A stretch of DNA of 64,000 bases from Gemmatimonadota bacterium (lineage in GTDB: Bacteria > Gemmatimonadota > Gemmatimonadetes > Longimicrobiales > Gaopeijiaceae). This document shows positions 60,117 through 64,000 of the stretch, one piece after another. The notes under the pieces were generated by a model, which worked only from the letters and a program-made list of their open reading frames with translations, was not told the origin of the DNA and made no database searches. Positions within the stretch are counted from its first letter, which is position 1. Each line of letters begins with the position of its first letter. The translations under genes and the position numbers were made by a program. Location: positions 2,738 to 66,737 of the forward strand of contig JADFMD010000001.1 in NCBI GenBank assembly GCA_022564055.1. The letters run 5' to 3'.

Positions 60117-61250
60117 TTGAAGGAGAAAATCCGCGCACTCCTGATTGATGACGATCAGGGGGACTTCGTCTTTACCAAGGGGCTTCTTAGCCAGATTACG
60201 CACCCCACCATCGAACTGGATTGGGTCCCCACCTTCGAGGAAGGGCAACACGCCATCGCCCAGGGCGAGTACGACATCTACCTCGTGGACTATTTCCTCG
60301 AGGACCGTACCGGCCTCGACTTACTGCGGGAAGCCGCGCGGCACCAACTTCAGGCGCCGGTGATCATGCTGACCGGCCGCGGAAATCACGATGTAGATCT
60401 CGAGGCGATGCGAGCGGGCGCGGCCGACTATCTCGTCAAGGGCCAGATCGAACCCGAAGACCTCGAACGTGCTATACGCTACGCGCTGGATCGTATGGAG
60501 GCCCAAAAGGCCCTGAGGGCTAGCGAAGAGCGCCATCGCGGGATGTTCGACCACTTTCCCCTGGGTGTTTACCGGTGTACTCCCGAGGGTGGCTTCCTGG
60601 ATGCCAACCCTGCCCTGGTGAGGATTCTCGGCTACCCGGACCCCGAGAGCCTGGAAACCCTATACTCCTCCACGCTCTATGTCAGCACCGAGGACGAAAA
60701 GACGTTCAAGGCCCGGCTTGAAGAGTTCGGCGTCGTCCGGGGCTTCGAAACAGAACTACGCGGCGTGGACGGCCGCAAGATTCGGCTTCGGAATACGGCG
60801 CGGATTCATCGGGAGGCGGATGGAAAGGTGGCCTACGTCGAGGGCGTCATCGAGGACGTTTCGCGTACATGGCGCTCGCCCGGTTTGTACCAGGAAGCTG
60901 CACGATACAAGGCGCTGTTCGAATCCCACCACATCGGCATCCTCATCTTGGACCTTTCGGGAACCATTCAGGATGGCAACCCCGGTTTCCGTTCGCTGTC
61001 GGGCTACGAGGAAGAGGATCTTTCCACGGTGGAATTGGGTGAACTTTTTGAGGAGGAAGATCGAGCTGAGGCGTTGGAGCGAATCCAGCAACTCTCCGAA
61101 GGCGGCGCCACGATTCGGGAGGAACTCCCGACGCTCCGCATGAAGGACGGCTCGACCCGGGCGGTGAGTACCCTTGCGATTCTCATCAAAGACTGGGATG
61201 GGGAACCGGATCACATCCTCATGATGTTCGAGCCAGCGCCGACGGACTAG
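60117..61250 (+). CDS. response regulator receiver domain protein with two PAS domains (REC-PAS-PAS, no recognisable output domain)
   Basis: REC: ALLIDDDQGDF..YDIYLVDYFL..VIMLTG..DYLVKG. This is followed by two PAS-like segments (FDHFPLGVYRCTPEGGFLDANPA.., LFESHHIGILILDLSGTIQDGNPG..). TTG start preceded by AAGGAG-like sequence. Confidence 0.8.
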   Translation: MKEKIRALLIDDDQGDFVFTKGLLSQITHPTIELDWVPTFEEGQHAIAQGEYDIYLVDYFLEDRTGLDLLREAARHQLQAPVIMLTGRGNHDVDLEAMRAGAADYLVKGQIEPEDLERAIRYALDRMEAQKALRASEERHRGMFDHFPLGVYRCTPEGGFLDANPALVRILGYPDPESLETLYSSTLYVSTEDEKTFKARLEEFGVVRGFETELRGVDGRKIRLRNTARIHREADGKVAYVEGVIEDVSRTWRSPGLYQEAARYKALFESHHIGILILDLSGTIQDGNPGFRSLSGYEEEDLSTVELGELFEEEDRAEALERIQQLSEGGATIREELPTLRMKDGSTRAVSTLAILIKDWDGEPDHILMMFEPAPTD

Positions 61251-61280
61251 GTGCCCCGGAGACCTTCTCCATGGGTCCGC

Positions 61281-62207
61281 TCATATCCACTTGGTGTCGG
61301 GATCCCTTTTCCCCCGTAGCACCTCCATCACTTCCGTCTCGCCCTCATCGGCCCCTTCCGTAGCTTCCTCATCGGCTTCGTCCGTAGCTTCCTCATCGGC
61401 TTCGTCCGTAGCTTCCTCATCGGCTTCGTCCGTAGCTTCCTCATCGGCTTCGTCCGTAGCTTCGTCATCGGCCCCGTCGGTATCCCCGTCCACGACCTGG
61501 TCCGGGTCGGGTTCCTGGTCGTCGGAGGCCTCCGTAAGCTCCTCTTCCTCGGCTTTCGCGATGTCTTCCAGTACCGCCTCCGGCTGGGCGACCCTGCGAG
61601 CATTCGACCCTAAAGCGTGGCTCAAGCATCGCTCGGTCCAATCCGCCTGATTCCCTGCATCGTGAGGCGCTCGCTCCGCCGCCACCCAATTCCTCACTTC
61701 AGTGGAATCCTCCGGATGCCCCAGAACCTTCAACGCATCTACCACCGCACACCGGAAATCTTGATCCGCAACGACATAGGCCATCATGTAGATTTGCTCT
61801 CCGGCGAGCTCCTCCCGTTCTCCCCGGATGGCACTCGCCACGTACTCGTTCAAGTGCACCACCACGGAGGCCATATGATGGGAGGCCAGGTCGAGCCACG
61901 TGAGCGTGCAAAGCGTTCGCACCGCTTCGGGGTGAATTCGCACGATCTTTGTCGCGAGTCCCCGTGCAGGCTCCGGCTGCCCGTCCTCGAGCATCGCATC
62001 GATGGCGCGGCCGTAGTATTTAAGGGCCTGGGGCCGGTCGCCGGCGCGATCGCACAGGTCACCCGCGCGGTTGAGCGGGATCCATCTGAAGCCCAGCTCC
62101 GCCGCGCCGGCCTTCTCTTCCAGATCTGACAAAATGTCATCGGTAACCGGCGCACGCCGATCCGCGGCGGGGTTCTTTGAGCGGAACAAGCCTGAAAGTC
62201 GTTTCAT
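61281..62207 (-). CDS. hypothetical protein with helical N-terminal domain and C-terminal acidic tandem repeat (EATDEADE)n
   Basis: Coding-like ORF. The ATG at 62207 (MKRLSGLF) is more likely the start than the TTG at 62255. No family recognised. The C-terminal 90 aa are about 50% D/E. Confidence 0.6.
   Translation of the reverse strand: MKRLSGLFRSKNPAADRRAPVTDDILSDLEEKAGAAELGFRWIPLNRAGDLCDRAGDRPQALKYYGRAIDAMLEDGQPEPARGLATKIVRIHPEAVRTLCTLTWLDLASHHMASVVVHLNEYVASAIRGEREELAGEQIYMMAYVVADQDFRCAVVDALKVLGHPEDSTEVRNWVAAERAPHDAGNQADWTERCLSHALGSNARRVAQPEAVLEDIAKAEEEELTEASDDQEPDPDQVVDGDTDGADDEATDEADEEATDEADEEATDEADEEATDEADEEATEGADEGETEVMEVLRGKRDPDTKWI
61336..61479. repeat. 24-bp in-frame tandem repeat (GTAGCTTCCTCATCGGCTTCGTCC): 4 perfect copies (61360-61455) flanked by one degenerate copy on each side
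   Basis: Read directly from the sequence. It encodes (EATDEADE)n on the minus strand. Confidence 0.95.
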
Positions 62208-62354
62208 CGCGGCCAGTCGAGGGTTCGCAGGATTTTGAAAGCTAGTAATCCGCAAGGAGTGCCGATAGACGGTGGTTCTTCAAGGATCGACTCAGGACCG
62301 AGCTGGATGCCCCCTCGGTCGCGCATTTAGATTGTCGGTGCCGACTCGTTGCCG

Positions 62355-64000
62355 TCAAACAGACTCCGAACGTGCCGGTGAAAAGCGTCGCCAGAACCAC
62401 GGCGCCCGTCGTACGGCGATATCTATGAAAAAGCTGAACAGGGCTAGCAGGGAGAGCCACGGCCAAAGAGGCGTAGGCACCGAGGCCGTCTCGCCGTAAT
62501 CGTCGAAAATGTCCGCTACGTCGGGTAAGTATTTCCCTCCGGTTTGGACGGCGATCTCGTTAAGTAGCTCGGCATTGACGGGATAAAGCCGGAATTCGTC
62601 CCCATATCTGTAATATAGAGCCTGGGAGCGGGCCTCGATCCCGTTTCCAGACAACTCGAAGCGATAGGGCTCCTCCCCGGGCGCGCCGAGGGCGTATCGG
62701 GCCTGAAACGTCCCCGGGCCAATCTGTTGAAACGACAAGGAGAGCGTCTCCCCTCCAGGGCCCACCATGATAAGCTGCGGGTCCAGATCGACTCGGTAGG
62801 CACCCTCCTCCGTAAGCGCGCTCACCGTGATGACCGCCTCACCTCCGACCCGCTCGACGACGAAATCCAGCTCGCCGCCGCCATCACGTCTCATCGTTTC
62901 TCGGACCAGTTGGGACCAAAACTTGCCATACCCGTCCCACGTCAGCCAATCGACGGCCCAGCGGTTCTTGACGTCCGAGGTAAAGATGGCGGTCCTACCC
63001 AGCCCGTACCGCCACCGCGCCAAGAGGGGGTCTTCCGAATCGGATTGGAGGAGCACCTCGGCGGTTTCCTTCGCCAGCGTTCTCACATAACCTCGGAGAG
63101 CCGGCGCCGCATCCAGGTCGATATCGGTGAAGGCCTCGATGGAGGTGATCACGGTGGTCTCCACCGCCTCTTCCACCAACGTGGACTGCGACGCGATCTG
63201 GGTTTCCCGAATGAAGACCTGGGGGACCCGTTCGGCGTCTTCAATGAAGTAGGCGCGCCCCCTTCCCCAGGTCGCGATATTGGCTAGAAGTTCTCTATCC
63301 GCCTCCTGCCCCACCGCGACGGACGAGACGGTGATGTCCGAATCGGACATCAACGATACGAGTTCCTCGTAATCATCCGCGTAGGTTTTTCCATCGGACA
63401 ACAGGATGATGTGCCTCACCTCGGCCTCGGAATCCGCGAGAGCCTGAAAGGCCGTCTCCAACGCCGGATAAATATTCGTCTGAGAACCGGCAATGATGCG
63501 ACTGATGAAGTCGTTTATGCGGGCCTTCTCGACCGCGAGCTGAAGGGGTACGGTCACGTAGGGGGTATCATCGAACGTGATCAATCCGAAGCTGTGAGTC
63601 GGCTCGAGTAGATCCAGCGCCGCCTTGGCCGCTTCCTTGGACAATTCGAGTTTCGGGCCCACCATGCTGTAGGACTTATCCAGCACGATGACGAGGGCCA
63701 GATCCTTTCGTTCTTCGTTGAGCTCGAACCAGACGGGAAGCACTTCCTCGATCTCCGACCCCGCGTACCCCTCTTCACCGTAACTCGACTCCCCGGCAGC
63801 GAAGATGAATCCGCCTCCGGAATCTCGGACGTATTCGACAATGGCGTTCACCTGACTGGTCCCGAGCGCGGCCATGGGTACGTCACTCATGAGCATGAGG
63901 TCGAAATTTTCTAAAGCGGCAGCCGTCTCTGGAAGTGATTCCGGACCCACGACGGTGACGTCCATGCCCTCCGCTAGGAGTGCGTCTCTCAGGTACCGGG
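62355..64000 (-). CDS. vWA-domain membrane protein, C-terminal part (5' end outside window)
   Basis: The reading frame stays open past the ATG at 63965 to the window edge. GATase1-like segment (DLMLMSDVP..YVRDSGGGFIFAAG). vWA/MIDAS segment (LVIVLDKSYSM..LITFDD..ILLSDG). C-terminal TM helix WPWLSLLALFSFFIDIAV. Confidence 0.75.
   Translation of the reverse strand, partial: RYLRDALLAEGMDVTVVGPESLPETAAALENFDLMLMSDVPMAALGTSQVNAIVEYVRDSGGGFIFAAGESSYGEEGYAGSEIEEVLPVWFELNEERKDLALVIVLDKSYSMVGPKLELSKEAAKAALDLLEPTHSFGLITFDDTPYVTVPLQLAVEKARINDFISRIIAGSQTNIYPALETAFQALADSEAEVRHIILLSDGKTYADDYEELVSLMSDSDITVSSVAVGQEADRELLANIATWGRGRAYFIEDAERVPQVFIRETQIASQSTLVEEAVETTVITSIEAFTDIDLDAAPALRGYVRTLAKETAEVLLQSDSEDPLLARWRYGLGRTAIFTSDVKNRWAVDWLTWDGYGKFWSQLVRETMRRDGGGELDFVVERVGGEAVITVSALTEEGAYRVDLDPQLIMVGPGGETLSLSFQQIGPGTFQARYALGAPGEEPYRFELSGNGIEARSQALYYRYGDEFRLYPVNAELLNEIAVQTGGKYLPDVADIFDDYGETASVPTPLWPWLSLLALFSFFIDIAVRRAPWFWRRFSPARSESV

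Overview
GC-rich (roughly 60-65% by eye), very gene-dense chromosomal segment from a diderm, LPS-making bacterium. The phylum cannot be assigned without a database search. I can support about 65 protein-coding genes. By eye I found no rRNA, tRNA, CRISPR array, transposase, integrase cassette or prophage signature.

Gene content is overwhelmingly core housekeeping, and 49 of 51 genes between 1.97 kb and 55.6 kb lie on the minus strand:
- A surface-glycan / polyprenyl-phosphate-sugar cluster at 2.6-11 kb (methyltransferase, Ppm1-like GT2, flippase-like protein, YfhO-like membrane protein, GT4, WecB, GtrB-like GT2).
- An rpoN-lptB-lptA-lptC-kdsC-kdsA-pyrG-kdsB block.
- pabA/trpG, nadE, a C-terminal processing protease, a Xer-type recombinase, dedA and ispF.
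- The canonical yceD-rpmF-plsX-fabHDG-acpP-fabF block.
- ndk, sucCD, a UPF0182 membrane protein and a phosphomannomutase.
- A complete contiguous 14-gene Complex I operon (nuoA-N).
- After 55.7 kb, a mixed-strand region: dcd, an alpha/beta hydrolase, cspA, an AI-2E transporter, arfB, a REC-PAS regulator, an acidic-repeat protein and a partial vWA protein.

The most informative non-genic element is a 28-bp AT-rich XerC/D dif-like site at 1872-1899. It lies between convergent genes, exactly where gene orientation flips, which suggests the window abuts the replication terminus.

I do not see a convincing defence, mobile or otherwise clearly novel multi-gene system. The candidates worth a second look carry modest scores: the glycosylation module, an oversized LptA, uncharacterised proteins, tandem repeats and a candidate operator.

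Many long ORFs in the six-frame track are antisense or out-of-frame shadows typical of high-GC DNA and were rejected. Several true starts appear to lie downstream of the longest-ORF start; those calls are based on neighbour stop codons and homologue N-termini.
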